A DNA stretch of 64,000 nucleotides from the NCBI GenBank assembly GCA_036679645.1, contig JAZDCY010000015.1, forward strand, positions 58,504-122,503. Reading direction: 5' to 3'. The translations under genes and the position numbers were made by a program. Shown here piece after piece: positions 47,986-57,510 of this stretch. The number at the start of each line of letters is the position of its first letter. Within the stretch, counting starts at the first letter, position 1. The stretch is from Gemmatimonadota bacterium (GTDB lineage: Bacteria; Gemmatimonadota; Gemmatimonadetes; Gemmatimonadales; GWC2-71-9). The notes under the pieces are model-generated. The model was given only the letters and a program-made list of their open reading frames with translations. It ran no database searches and was not told where the DNA came from.

Positions 47986-50907
47986 TCACTGTCGCGTCAC
48001 GCCCACGCCAATCCTATACGTACCGACCGACGACTCTCCGAAACCGGCGGCGCCCACGAGGTACGTCCCCGCCCGCAGGGTCGCGGTGATCTGCGAGTTG
48101 GTGCCTTCTCCCCCGTCATCGTCGGTAAGCGGCTCCGCCAGACCCGGACCGGATAGGAACAGATACGTGTCGAACTCGCTCGAGCGCATGGACACGGTGA
48201 TCCGCACGCTCGACTGTACGCGCAGCTGCCAGATCTGCACGTGCCGTCCCTCGAAGATGGGATCGGTCGCGCTGAGCGTCCCGCTGGCACTCGTGCCCGA
48301 CGTGAGCACGCGTCCGGTCGCCCGGAGCTGTTCCAGACCGGCCGGTGTTGCGACGGTGAGCGTGTAGGGTCCACTCGTCCCGCTGCTGTAGGCGCCGGCC
48401 AGCACGTAATACGTGCCGCCCTGCGAGAGCGTCGTCGCGATGCGCGAGCCATTACCGTCGCCCCCATCGTCGTTACTCAGAGCATCGTCGATCCCGGGAC
48501 CGGCGAGGTACATGTACGGGTCGATTGCGTCGGACCCGAGTGTGATCTCGACCCGCGTGCCGGGTGCCACGCGCAGGGCCCACGCCTGTACCTGCCGCCC
48601 GCTGAACGATTGGTCGTTACCCGTGAGGGTACCAGTTCTGGTCTGCCCCACGGCGATCGTGCGGCCATTGGTAGGGAAGGTCTCGGTTCCCGGTCGTGCT
48701 ACCGATAGCGAATACGCACCCGTTGCGCCCGCCGTGTACTGGCTGGCGATTACCCGGTAGGCGCCGCCCTGGAGCGTCGTGCGGATGCGTGCGTTCCTCC
48801 CGCCGCCTCCGTCGTCGTCTGTTGCCGGTTCCGATAATCCGGGGCCGAGGAGGTAGAGGTAGGCGTCGTAGTCCTCGGAGCGGAGGGTGATGTCTACGCG
48901 CGTTCCCGCGGCCGCGCGCAGTTCCCACGCCTGCACGTGCCGTCCCTCGTAGGTCGGGTCGTTCCCGGTGAGCGAACCGGTTACCGTCTGGCCCATCGTG
49001 AGCAGGCGGCCGCCGGTCGGCAGTGAGGCCAGCGAAACCGGGGCGGTCACGCCGAGGGTGTATGCGCCGGTGGCGCCCTGGGCCAATGTGCTTGCAAGGA
49101 TCGTGTACGTCCCCGCCTGGAGCGTCGTGCTGATGCGCGAGTTGAGGCTCCCGGCGCCGTCGTCGTTCTCGAGCGGCTCCGTGAGCCCCGGGCCCGTGAG
49201 GTACAGAAACGCGTCGAAGTCCGTCGAGCGCAGCGTGATGTCCACACGCTGTCCCGCGGTCGCTTGCAACGACCACGACTGCACGTGGCGGTCCTCGTAG
49301 AGACGATCAGAATCGCTGATCGTCCCGTTGACCGTTTGACCGACCCGAATTGTCCGCCCGGTGGCACGCCGCGCGGCCGGCGGTGGTGGTGCGGGGCGCG
49401 TGCGTGCGCGTGCTGTCTGGACCGGGCGTGCCGCGTACATCACGGTCATGCGTTCGCCGGCGATGACCTCGATCTCCAGCGTCTTGTTCTCGAAGCCTGG
49501 CGCGCGTAGCTCGATCTCGTGGCGACCCTCCGGCAACTGGAACGGCGCCTCGAGTTCTTCACCTTCGAACAGGATCGTGCCGCCATTCGGAAACCCGCTG
49601 ATGTTGATCGTACCAAGCGTTTCCTCGTCCTTGGCTTCAGAATCGTCCTTCGTGCTGTCGCCTTCGGCCACCACCGTTGAATCCGGGACAGGGTCCGCGG
49701 TGGATCCACCGGAGGTCACCTGCCAGACGACCGCGGCGCCACCCACGAGCACGACGGCGCCCACTGCCGCCAGCGCCAGACGCGGACCCTTCTTCTTGGC
49801 TGCTACGGGCGAAGGCGACGGCTGCGGCGTCTCGGGCGTAGCGACGGTCCCGGGGATGGGAGGCGACGCACCCCCGGTTGCAGGACGCCGCAGCGGTTCG
49901 GGTGTCTGCAGCGGACGTGTTTCCGCCGCGGAGACCGTGGTCGGTATCTCCGCCGGTCCCCCGCGCACTGCCTGGAGCACCGCGGTCCCGAACTCGATCG
50001 CCGTGCTGTAGCGCTGCTCGCGTCGCTGCTCGAGCGCGCGGTCGAGTACCCGTTGTAGTTCGGGGGAAAACCCCGCCGCGGGAAGGGCGTCCTGCAGGCT
50101 CATCGGTTTTGATGCGAGTCGCGCGAGGAGGGCGTCCTGTGGCGTTTCGGCCTGGAAGGGAAGCGTCCCGGTCACCATGCGGAAGAACACGACCGCGAGC
50201 GAGTAGATGTCACTGCGGCCGTCCAGCACCACGCCCGAGACCTGGTCAGGGCTCATGTAGTCGGGCGTCCCGACGATGAATCCGGTTTGTGTCACCGTCT
50301 GCCCGCTCTCGCTACCCGCCACGGCCTTGGCGATCCCGAAATCGACGACCTTGACCACGTCCGAGCCATCCCGGCCCTTCGCGATCATGATGTTTTCAGG
50401 CTTGATGTCGCGGTGCACGATGTCCAGATCATGCGCCGCCTGGAGGGCGTCGCAACATTGGCTCATGATGTCGGCGGCGCGTGGGAGCGAGAGCGCCCCC
50501 TCGTTGTGCAGCAGATCGGCCAGCGACTCACCCTCGATGTATTCCATCACCATGTAGATGAGACCGTCTTCCGTCTCACCGAAATCGTGGATCATGCAGA
50601 CGTTCGGGTGCCGGATCCGGGCGGCGTTCCGAGCCTCGCGCGTGAAGCGCGCGATTGCGGCCGGATCGGTCGCGAGCGACCTGTTAATGACCTTGATGGC
50701 GGCGAGTTGGCCCATCTTCACGTGCTCGCCCAGGTAGACGGCGCCCATGCCGCCTTGGCCGAGCTTCTTGGAGATGTGGTAGCGGTGAGCGAGGACCGTG
50801 TCGACGAGGTCACCGGCGGCCTGATCAGCGCGAAGGCTGGAGCCGTCGGCGGGGCAGAGCCGGAACTCGTCCGGCCATTCTTTACCGCAGGTGGTGCAGA
50901 TCTTCAT
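47986..50907 (-). CDS. Ser/Thr kinase with N-terminal zinc ribbon, TM, PEGA-like domain and four PPC-like repeats
   Basis: CTTC..CPADG; GQGGMGAVY, HRDIKPEN, DFG; TM; four repeats of VQ.W.L..G.RV.ITLRS.DFD.YLYL.GPG...DDGG. Confidence 0.9.
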   Translation of the reverse strand: MKICTTCGKEWPDEFRLCPADGSSLRADQAAGDLVDTVLAHRYHISKKLGQGGMGAVYLGEHVKMGQLAAIKVINRSLATDPAAIARFTREARNAARIRHPNVCMIHDFGETEDGLIYMVMEYIEGESLADLLHNEGALSLPRAADIMSQCCDALQAAHDLDIVHRDIKPENIMIAKGRDGSDVVKVVDFGIAKAVAGSESGQTVTQTGFIVGTPDYMSPDQVSGVVLDGRSDIYSLAVVFFRMVTGTLPFQAETPQDALLARLASKPMSLQDALPAAGFSPELQRVLDRALEQRREQRYSTAIEFGTAVLQAVRGGPAEIPTTVSAAETRPLQTPEPLRRPATGGASPPIPGTVATPETPQPSPSPVAAKKKGPRLALAAVGAVVLVGGAAVVWQVTSGGSTADPVPDSTVVAEGDSTKDDSEAKDEETLGTINISGFPNGGTILFEGEELEAPFQLPEGRHEIELRAPGFENKTLEIEVIAGERMTVMYAARPVQTARARTRPAPPPPAARRATGRTIRVGQTVNGTISDSDRLYEDRHVQSWSLQATAGQRVDITLRSTDFDAFLYLTGPGLTEPLENDDGAGSLNSRISTTLQAGTYTILASTLAQGATGAYTLGVTAPVSLASLPTGGRLLTMGQTVTGSLTGNDPTYEGRHVQAWELRAAAGTRVDITLRSEDYDAYLYLLGPGLSEPATDDDGGGGRNARIRTTLQGGAYRVIASQYTAGATGAYSLSVARPGTETFPTNGRTIAVGQTRTGTLTGNDQSFSGRQVQAWALRVAPGTRVEITLGSDAIDPYMYLAGPGIDDALSNDDGGDGNGSRIATTLSQGGTYYVLAGAYSSGTSGPYTLTVATPAGLEQLRATGRVLTSGTSASGTLSATDPIFEGRHVQIWQLRVQSSVRITVSMRSSEFDTYLFLSGPGLAEPLTDDDGGEGTNSQITATLRAGTYLVGAAGFGESSVGTYRIGVGVTRQ

Positions 50908-51032
50908 CGATCGAGAGTTGTACACGCCTGAGGTTGAGGTGTGTCAGCAAGATGGGTAATGAGGCGGTTTATGGCTAGGCTCGTAGGCGGTGGGATCTTG
51001 CGCCTGCCATGCAATGCATTACAATGCAGTGC

Positions 51033-51293
51033 ATGGAAGAACAAGTCACTTTCCGGCTACCCAAGGCATTGGCCCGTGCGCTGGCTCGGCAGGCACGCCA
51101 GCGAGGTGTGCCCAAATCGCTGCTCGTGCGTGAGGCGGTCCACGCCTATCTAGGGCAGCCACTTGGGGGAACGCGCCCTGCCGCTGTGTGGGAGCGCATT
51201 GCGCCCTTTGCCGGATCGGTACGATCGGATCGCGCCGGTGCCGAGCAGGACGCGCTGACGCAGCGGCTACGGCAGCACAACTGGCGCGAGTAG
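51033..51293 (+). CDS. CopG/RHH antitoxin
   Basis: QVTFRLP..VPKSLLVREAVHAYL; TTGCGC-16-TACAAT promoter ending 7 nt before ATG 51033. Confidence 0.85.
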   Translation: MEEQVTFRLPKALARALARQARQRGVPKSLLVREAVHAYLGQPLGGTRPAAVWERIAPFAGSVRSDRAGAEQDALTQRLRQHNWRE

Positions 51294-51303
51294 CCGGACC
51301 GCC

Positions 51304-51723
51304 ATGTCACGACGAACGGTACTCCTCGATACCGGGCCGATTGTGGCGTTCCTGGATGCCGCCGACCAGTGGCACGTCCAGTGTGCGGATGCATGGCGTG
51401 ACATGGCTGATAAATGCGTCACCACCGACGCGGTCGTGACGGAGGCGTGTCACCTCATCGGTCGTAGTCGTGCCACCTCAGCGCTCGCGCTCGAGTTCCT
51501 GCTTGCCGCCGAGATTCCCATTCTGGGCCTCGAACGACCCCTCCATGAGTACGCCGCGTACCTGATGAACCGGTACGCCGATCTGCCCATGGACTACGCC
51601 GATGCGTCGCTCGTCGCCGTCGCCGATGCGTTGAAGATCAGCGCCGTGTTCACGACGGACCGGAAGGGGTTTCGCACGTACCGTCCCTCGCGGGGGTCGC
51701 ACTTCGAGATCTTGCCCAGCTAG
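51304..51723 (+). CDS. vapC: PIN-domain toxin (VapC-like)
   Basis: VLLDTGP, VTEA, YADLPMDYADASLV, FTTDRKGF. Confidence 0.9.
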   Translation: MSRRTVLLDTGPIVAFLDAADQWHVQCADAWRDMADKCVTTDAVVTEACHLIGRSRATSALALEFLLAAEIPILGLERPLHEYAAYLMNRYADLPMDYADASLVAVADALKISAVFTTDRKGFRTYRPSRGSHFEILPS

Positions 51724-51798
51724 GATTCGGCGGGCAGGATCTGAAACGGGAACGGCCTTGTAGGGACTCGCGCAAACCCCGTTCTCGCTACATCTTAC

Positions 51799-54462
51799 GT
51801 GCCGATGACCGCACCCCCACAAGTGCTTGCCGACACCCTCGCCGACCGATACCGGATCGGGGACGAGCTAGGTCAGGGTGGCATGGCTACCGTGTACCTC
51901 GCCCAGGACCTGAAGCACGATCGCAAGGTCGCGCTCAAGGTGCTGAGACCCGAGCTGGCGGCCGTGATCGGGGCCGAGCGTTTCTTGAACGAGATCAAGG
52001 TCACGGCCAACCTGCAACACCCTCACATCCTCGCTCTCTACGACTCGGGTGAGGCCGAGCAATTCCTCTATTACGTGATGCCGTACGTCCAAGGCGAGTC
52101 GCTGGACGACAAGCTGAAACGCGAGAAGCAGATCGGGGTCGAGGAGGCGGTGCGCATCGCGAGCGAGGTGGCGAGCGCGCTCGACTACGCCCATCGACAG
52201 GGCGTGGTACACCGGGACATCAAGCCCGCCAACATCATGCTGCAAGAGGGTCAGGCACTCGTCGCTGACTTCGGCATCGCGCTGGCCCTGACCCATGCAG
52301 GCGGCACGCGGATTACCGAGACCGGCCTGTCCCTGGGCACGCCGCATTACATGAGCCCGGAGCAGGCTACCGGCGACCGCGACATCGATGCACGCAGCGA
52401 CATCTACTCGCTCGGCGCTGTGTTGTACGAGTCACTCGCGGGCGAACCGCCGCACACCGGCGGAACGATTCAGGCGGTGATCTCAAAGGTCGTGACCGAG
52501 GCTCCCAAGCCTCTCGGTGAGCTGCGGCAGTCGGTTCCGGTTCATGTCGGTATGGCGGTGGAGAAAGCACTGGCGAAGATCCCAGCCGATCGGTTTGGGA
52601 CCGCCGCGGACTTCGCCGTTGCGCTCAAGGATCCCAAATTCACGCTGAGCTACTCGGCGACGGCGACCGGTGCGCCGGCTTCCACGTCGCCCAAGCGCGT
52701 AGATGGCTGGCTGCCGTACGCGATCGCCGCCGTTGCCGTGGTTGTCGGGGTCATTGCCGGCCGCGCCACGAAGCGCGTCGAGCGGGACGTGCCCCATGTA
52801 GCCCGCTTCGTCATCGACACGGACAGCACTCACCGACTCGTCGGTGCGCCCGCTAGCACTGTTGCGCTCTCGCCCGATGGTGCGACCCTCGTTTACTCGG
52901 GCTTCGGCCGCAGCGGGCTGCAGCTCTATATACGCCCGTTGGACGCTCTCACGGCCTCCCCTATTCCCAGCACCGAGGGTGCACTTGCTCCGTTCTTCTC
53001 GCCCGATGGGCGCTGGATAGGCTTCTATGCGGGAACCGTCCTGAAAAAGGTCGCTCTGTCCGGCGGCGCGCCGGTTTCGATCCCGAATGCGCCGACCTTC
53101 CTGTATCAGTCGGCAGCGTGGCTCGACAATGAGACGTTGCTGCTTACGACGAGCAACGGATCGATTCAGCGGCTTGACGGAGACGGGTCACTCACGACCG
53201 TAGCGACTCCCGACACGGCCAATGAGGAGACCGGGCTCTTCTTGAGCGGCGTGATAAGAAGCCGACGGATCATGCTCGGCATAGCTTCGACGCAAGGAGG
53301 CGTCAGCGGACGCGGTGTAGCGATCAACGTGGACACGGGCAAGCGGACCACGCTCATCGAAGCTCTGGTCAACGGACTCGCCTACTACGATGGCTACCTC
53401 GTGTGGGCACAGCCGGATGGAGGGCTGCTCGCCGCCCCATTTGACACAGACGATCTCAGGTTCATGGGTTCACCGGTCACGCTCGCTCAGGGCGTTCGCG
53501 TAACGGTGGGTGGTCCGGCGCAGTTCTATGTATCCGAGCGCGGTTCGCTGGTATACGTGCCAGAGTTCCCGTTCGATCTCGTTCTGGTAGATCGGTCGGG
53601 CCGATCGGAGGTAGTGACTGACATTCAGCGCCGCTTCCACAGCCCTCGCTTCGCGCCCGACGCGACGCACATCGCGGTGGACTTCACCCAACAGGGGACC
53701 CGCGACGTGTGGCTGTTGAACCTCGGTCAGCGAACACTGAGCCGTCTCACGTTCGATAACGACGGCCACGATCCGGTGTGGACGCCGGACGGGCGGAAAG
53801 TTGCTTACGCGACTTCGCGCAACGGCATTCTCGGGATCTTCCAACAGAATGCGGACGGCAGTGGTGTGGCTGAGTCGGTGTATGTGGGGACGATGGTCTC
53901 GACAGCGGGGATTTTCACCCCTGACGGCGCGCAGGTCATCACCCTTCCCATCGGGCCGACTGGTAGTGGAGACTTCGGCGTCCTCTCGCTCACTGGTGAA
54001 CGGATCGAGGAGCCGTTGATCGCTACGCGGTTCAACGAGGAGTCACCGACCCTGTCTCCTGCCGGCCGGTGGTTGGCCTATTCATCGGACGAGTCTGGTC
54101 AGCCGGAGGTGTATGTCCGACGGTTCGCTGGCTCGGGAGCAAAAGTGCTCGTTTCTCAGAACGGTGGGGCGGAGCCGGTGTGGTCGCGCGACGGCCGCGA
54201 GCTCTTCTACCGCGGCTTCGATGACCGGGGACCGATGCTCGTGTCGGCCACGGTCGAGACCACGCCGGAGTTTCGCGTCCTTTCCCGTACGATGCTTTTT
54301 GATATCACGGAATACGAGCCGGCGAGCCCGCACGCGAACTACGACGTGTCGCCCGACGGGCAGCGTTTTGCGATGGTTCATCAGGGGCGCCTGTCCGAGA
54401 TGGTGCTGATTCAGAACTGGACGGAAGAAGTCAGAAGGCGCAGTGGAGGGGAAGAGCGATGA
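51799..54462 (+). CDS. Ser/Thr kinase-TM-TolB/PD40 beta-propeller receptor
   Basis: Kinase motifs (HRDIKPAN), TM, SPDG blades, LIQNWTEE. Confidence 0.92.
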   Translation: MPMTAPPQVLADTLADRYRIGDELGQGGMATVYLAQDLKHDRKVALKVLRPELAAVIGAERFLNEIKVTANLQHPHILALYDSGEAEQFLYYVMPYVQGESLDDKLKREKQIGVEEAVRIASEVASALDYAHRQGVVHRDIKPANIMLQEGQALVADFGIALALTHAGGTRITETGLSLGTPHYMSPEQATGDRDIDARSDIYSLGAVLYESLAGEPPHTGGTIQAVISKVVTEAPKPLGELRQSVPVHVGMAVEKALAKIPADRFGTAADFAVALKDPKFTLSYSATATGAPASTSPKRVDGWLPYAIAAVAVVVGVIAGRATKRVERDVPHVARFVIDTDSTHRLVGAPASTVALSPDGATLVYSGFGRSGLQLYIRPLDALTASPIPSTEGALAPFFSPDGRWIGFYAGTVLKKVALSGGAPVSIPNAPTFLYQSAAWLDNETLLLTTSNGSIQRLDGDGSLTTVATPDTANEETGLFLSGVIRSRRIMLGIASTQGGVSGRGVAINVDTGKRTTLIEALVNGLAYYDGYLVWAQPDGGLLAAPFDTDDLRFMGSPVTLAQGVRVTVGGPAQFYVSERGSLVYVPEFPFDLVLVDRSGRSEVVTDIQRRFHSPRFAPDATHIAVDFTQQGTRDVWLLNLGQRTLSRLTFDNDGHDPVWTPDGRKVAYATSRNGILGIFQQNADGSGVAESVYVGTMVSTAGIFTPDGAQVITLPIGPTGSGDFGVLSLTGERIEEPLIATRFNEESPTLSPAGRWLAYSSDESGQPEVYVRRFAGSGAKVLVSQNGGAEPVWSRDGRELFYRGFDDRGPMLVSATVETTPEFRVLSRTMLFDITEYEPASPHANYDVSPDGQRFAMVHQGRLSEMVLIQNWTEEVRRRSGGEER

Positions 54463-54505
54463 GACGATCGTCCATCGCCCATCGTTCCCGCGCGCAAGAG
54501 CAAAC

Positions 54506-57454
54506 ATGAGCGAGATCACGGAGCGTCTTTCCACCGCGATAGCCGACCGCTACAAGATCGAGCGCGAACTCGGTCAGGGCGGCATGGCGACCGTGTATTT
54601 GGCGCACGACGTGAAGCACGACCGCAAGGTCGCTGTCAAGGTGTTGCGACCGGACCTGGCGGCGTCACTTGGGTCAGAACGGTTCCTGCGTGAAGTGCGC
54701 ATCGCGGCAAACCTTCAGCATCCGCATGTGCTGCCGCTCTACGACTCCGGCGAGGCCGACGGCTTCCTGTTCTACGTGATGCCCTACGTCGAGGGCGAGT
54801 CACTCCGGGCCAAGCTCGAGCGCGAGGGTGAGTTGCCCGTAGCGGACGCCGTGCGAATTCTCAAAGAAGTGGTGGATGCCCTCGCGTACGCGCACGAGCA
54901 CGGCGTAGTTCATCGCGATATCAAGCCTGACAACGTGATGCTGTCCGGACGTCACGCGCTCGTCACGGACTTCGGCATCGCAAAGGCCGTGAGCGAGGCG
55001 ACGGGAAGGCAGGAATTGACCACCGCTGGCGTGGCCCTCGGGACACCGGCCTACATGGCTCCCGAGCAGGCGGCGGCCGATCCCCATGTCGACCACCGCG
55101 CCGACATCTACGCGGTGGGCGCGCTGGGCTACGAGTTGCTCACCGGGCGCCCGCCGTTCGTCGGCTCAACGCCGCAGCAAGTGCTCTCCGCTCACGTGAT
55201 GACCGTGCCCGATCCCGTCACGGCCCATCGAGCAGCGGTGCCGGTGGCGCTGGCCGACGTGGTGATGCGTTGTCTCGAGAAGAAACCGGCCGACCGGTGG
55301 CAAAGCGCCGACGCCGTTCTGTCGGCTCTTGAGTCCGGGGCCACTCCGAGTCTGGGGATCACGCCGACCGATACGCGGCCCATCTCGGCGGTCGGTGTGC
55401 GCTTCGACCAGCGGAAAGTGCTCGTGCCCGCTGTCGGGCTGGTGCTCGCCATCGGCGCGATCGGGGTTGTCGGAGTGGTCCTGCGAGATCGCGCACCGGA
55501 CGTTCCCGTTCCCGAGGTGTCCTCGTCGATAGTCGCCGTCTTTCCCTTCGCGGTGCGGGGCGGGGACACGTTCCAGTACTTGGGCGAAGGCATGGTCAAC
55601 CTCCTGAGCACGAGCCTCAACGGTGCCGGCGCACTCAGGACAGTGGATCCGAGGGCTCTCCTCGGGCGCGTCTCCCGTAGTGGCGGACGCCCAAGCGACC
55701 CCCGCGAGGCCGCGGACATCGCGCGCGAGTTCGGTGCCGGCCTCTACGTGCTCGGCGACATCCTGGATGTCGGTGGAACGTTGCGTATCGACGGTGCGCT
55801 CTACAGCCTCGAGCGCGGGACTGAGGCGGTCGCGCAGGGGACGGCGCAAGGCGCAGCCGCGAGCATCTCGGAGCTGATCGACGAGCTCGCGGCGCAGCTC
55901 ATCACCGGCCAACGGCTTGGGCCCGGTGGGCGCCTGACACGATTGGCTTCGGTGACGACAGCGTCCTTGGATGCGCTCAAGGCGTATCTCGAGGGCGAGA
56001 TCGACTTCCGGCAGGGGCGAGACAACCGCGGCGTGGAGGGCTTCCAACGCGCCGTTGCGTTGGACAGTACGTTCGCGCTCGCGTATTACCGCATGAGCGT
56101 CGCGGCCGCCTGGGCGGGGCGGGCCGACCTGGCGACGTCGGCGGTCCAAAGCGCCCAGCGTTACCGCAACCGGCTCAGCGAGCGGGATGCACGACTGGTT
56201 GACGCGTTGCAGGCCTTCTTGAGAGGGAATGCGACGGCAGCTGAGGGTCTCTACTTGGCATCTGTGAGCACATATCCCGATGACGTCGAAGCGTGGTACA
56301 TGCTGGGCGAAACGAGACGCCATTTCGCCCCACTTCACGGGGGCTCGATTCTCGATTCCCGAGACCCTTTCGAACAGGTTCTCCGATACGAGCCGGAACA
56401 CGTCAGCTCGCTCTTCCACCTCGCAGAGGTAGCGGCCAAGGAAGGCGCTCGCGAGGAGCTGGACTCACTGGTTGGTCGTTTTCTCGAGCTATTTCCCAGC
56501 GCGGGCGTGGGGACCAACATGCGCATCATGGGTGCCTTCTCCCTCGGCGATGAGGAGCTTCGGTCGCAGTTGCTGGCGCGTTTCGCTGATTCTGCGCTTA
56601 GCGAGACTCCGATACGCGAAGTGGCGTCCTACTTGAGGAATCCCAAGGGAGGCTTGGCGCTCGCCCGACTCAACGCAGCTTCTACCAAGCCGCAGGCGTT
56701 GCGGATCCGCAGCGCACGAGATCTGGCCAACCTGTACCTCGGTCGAGGCCAGTGGGAGCGGGCACTCGACGCGCTGGCGGAGATTCGGACTCTGGCGTCG
56801 GACTCGCAGCTCGTGTACGCTGCGTGGCTTTCGCTCTTTCCGCTGTTGAGCACGTCGGAACGAGTGCTCGACAGCCTGTGGGCCGCATTGAGGGGCGTAG
56901 GTTCGCTGCCCGGGGTGCAATACGTCCGTGGGCTGTTGAGTGTTCGACGCGGAGACCGCGTTGCCGCGTTGCAGATTGCGGAACGGCTCGAACGGATCGG
57001 GTCGGACTCGTTTCAAGGTCGGCTGGCCGGCGATTTCAGCCTGATCATCCAGGCAGAAGTGGCGCGCCATGCGGGTGATGCCGCCCGTGCGCTCGCGCTG
57101 CTCGAGCAAACGATCGTGGAAGTCCCGTACGGTTCCGGGGGCGCCATCGGCTTCGCGACCCAACCGTATCATCGCTACAGCCGAGCGGGACTATTGGCCG
57201 AGGCCGGTCGTGCGACCGAGGCACTCCGTTGGTATGCGTCGATCGGTGACATCTCGTTGGAGGAATTCCCGTACATCGCACCCTCGCACATCCGGCGGGC
57301 CGAGATCTTCGAGCAGCAGGGAGAACGAGAGAAAGCCGTTGAGGAATACGCGGCGTTCCTCCATCTGTGGCAGGATGCAGATCCACAGTTCGAGCAGCTC
57401 GTGATTGACGTGCGCGAGCGGGTAGCGCGGCTACAGGCTGGGGGGCGACGATAG
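54506..57454 (+). CDS. Ser/Thr kinase-TM-TolB-like/TPR receptor
   Basis: HRDIKPDN, DFG, GTPAYMAPE; TM; VAVFPF domain; ALDSTFALAYY TPRs; W.DADP C-terminus. Confidence 0.9.
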   Translation: MSEITERLSTAIADRYKIERELGQGGMATVYLAHDVKHDRKVAVKVLRPDLAASLGSERFLREVRIAANLQHPHVLPLYDSGEADGFLFYVMPYVEGESLRAKLEREGELPVADAVRILKEVVDALAYAHEHGVVHRDIKPDNVMLSGRHALVTDFGIAKAVSEATGRQELTTAGVALGTPAYMAPEQAAADPHVDHRADIYAVGALGYELLTGRPPFVGSTPQQVLSAHVMTVPDPVTAHRAAVPVALADVVMRCLEKKPADRWQSADAVLSALESGATPSLGITPTDTRPISAVGVRFDQRKVLVPAVGLVLAIGAIGVVGVVLRDRAPDVPVPEVSSSIVAVFPFAVRGGDTFQYLGEGMVNLLSTSLNGAGALRTVDPRALLGRVSRSGGRPSDPREAADIAREFGAGLYVLGDILDVGGTLRIDGALYSLERGTEAVAQGTAQGAAASISELIDELAAQLITGQRLGPGGRLTRLASVTTASLDALKAYLEGEIDFRQGRDNRGVEGFQRAVALDSTFALAYYRMSVAAAWAGRADLATSAVQSAQRYRNRLSERDARLVDALQAFLRGNATAAEGLYLASVSTYPDDVEAWYMLGETRRHFAPLHGGSILDSRDPFEQVLRYEPEHVSSLFHLAEVAAKEGAREELDSLVGRFLELFPSAGVGTNMRIMGAFSLGDEELRSQLLARFADSALSETPIREVASYLRNPKGGLALARLNAASTKPQALRIRSARDLANLYLGRGQWERALDALAEIRTLASDSQLVYAAWLSLFPLLSTSERVLDSLWAALRGVGSLPGVQYVRGLLSVRRGDRVAALQIAERLERIGSDSFQGRLAGDFSLIIQAEVARHAGDAARALALLEQTIVEVPYGSGGAIGFATQPYHRYSRAGLLAEAGRATEALRWYASIGDISLEEFPYIAPSHIRRAEIFEQQGEREKAVEEYAAFLHLWQDADPQFEQLVIDVRERVARLQAGGRR

Positions 57455-57510
57455 GTGGGTGTGTTGACGGTGCAATCTGCATTCTGCAGTTCACTGAACG
57501 TTCTCGTGAC

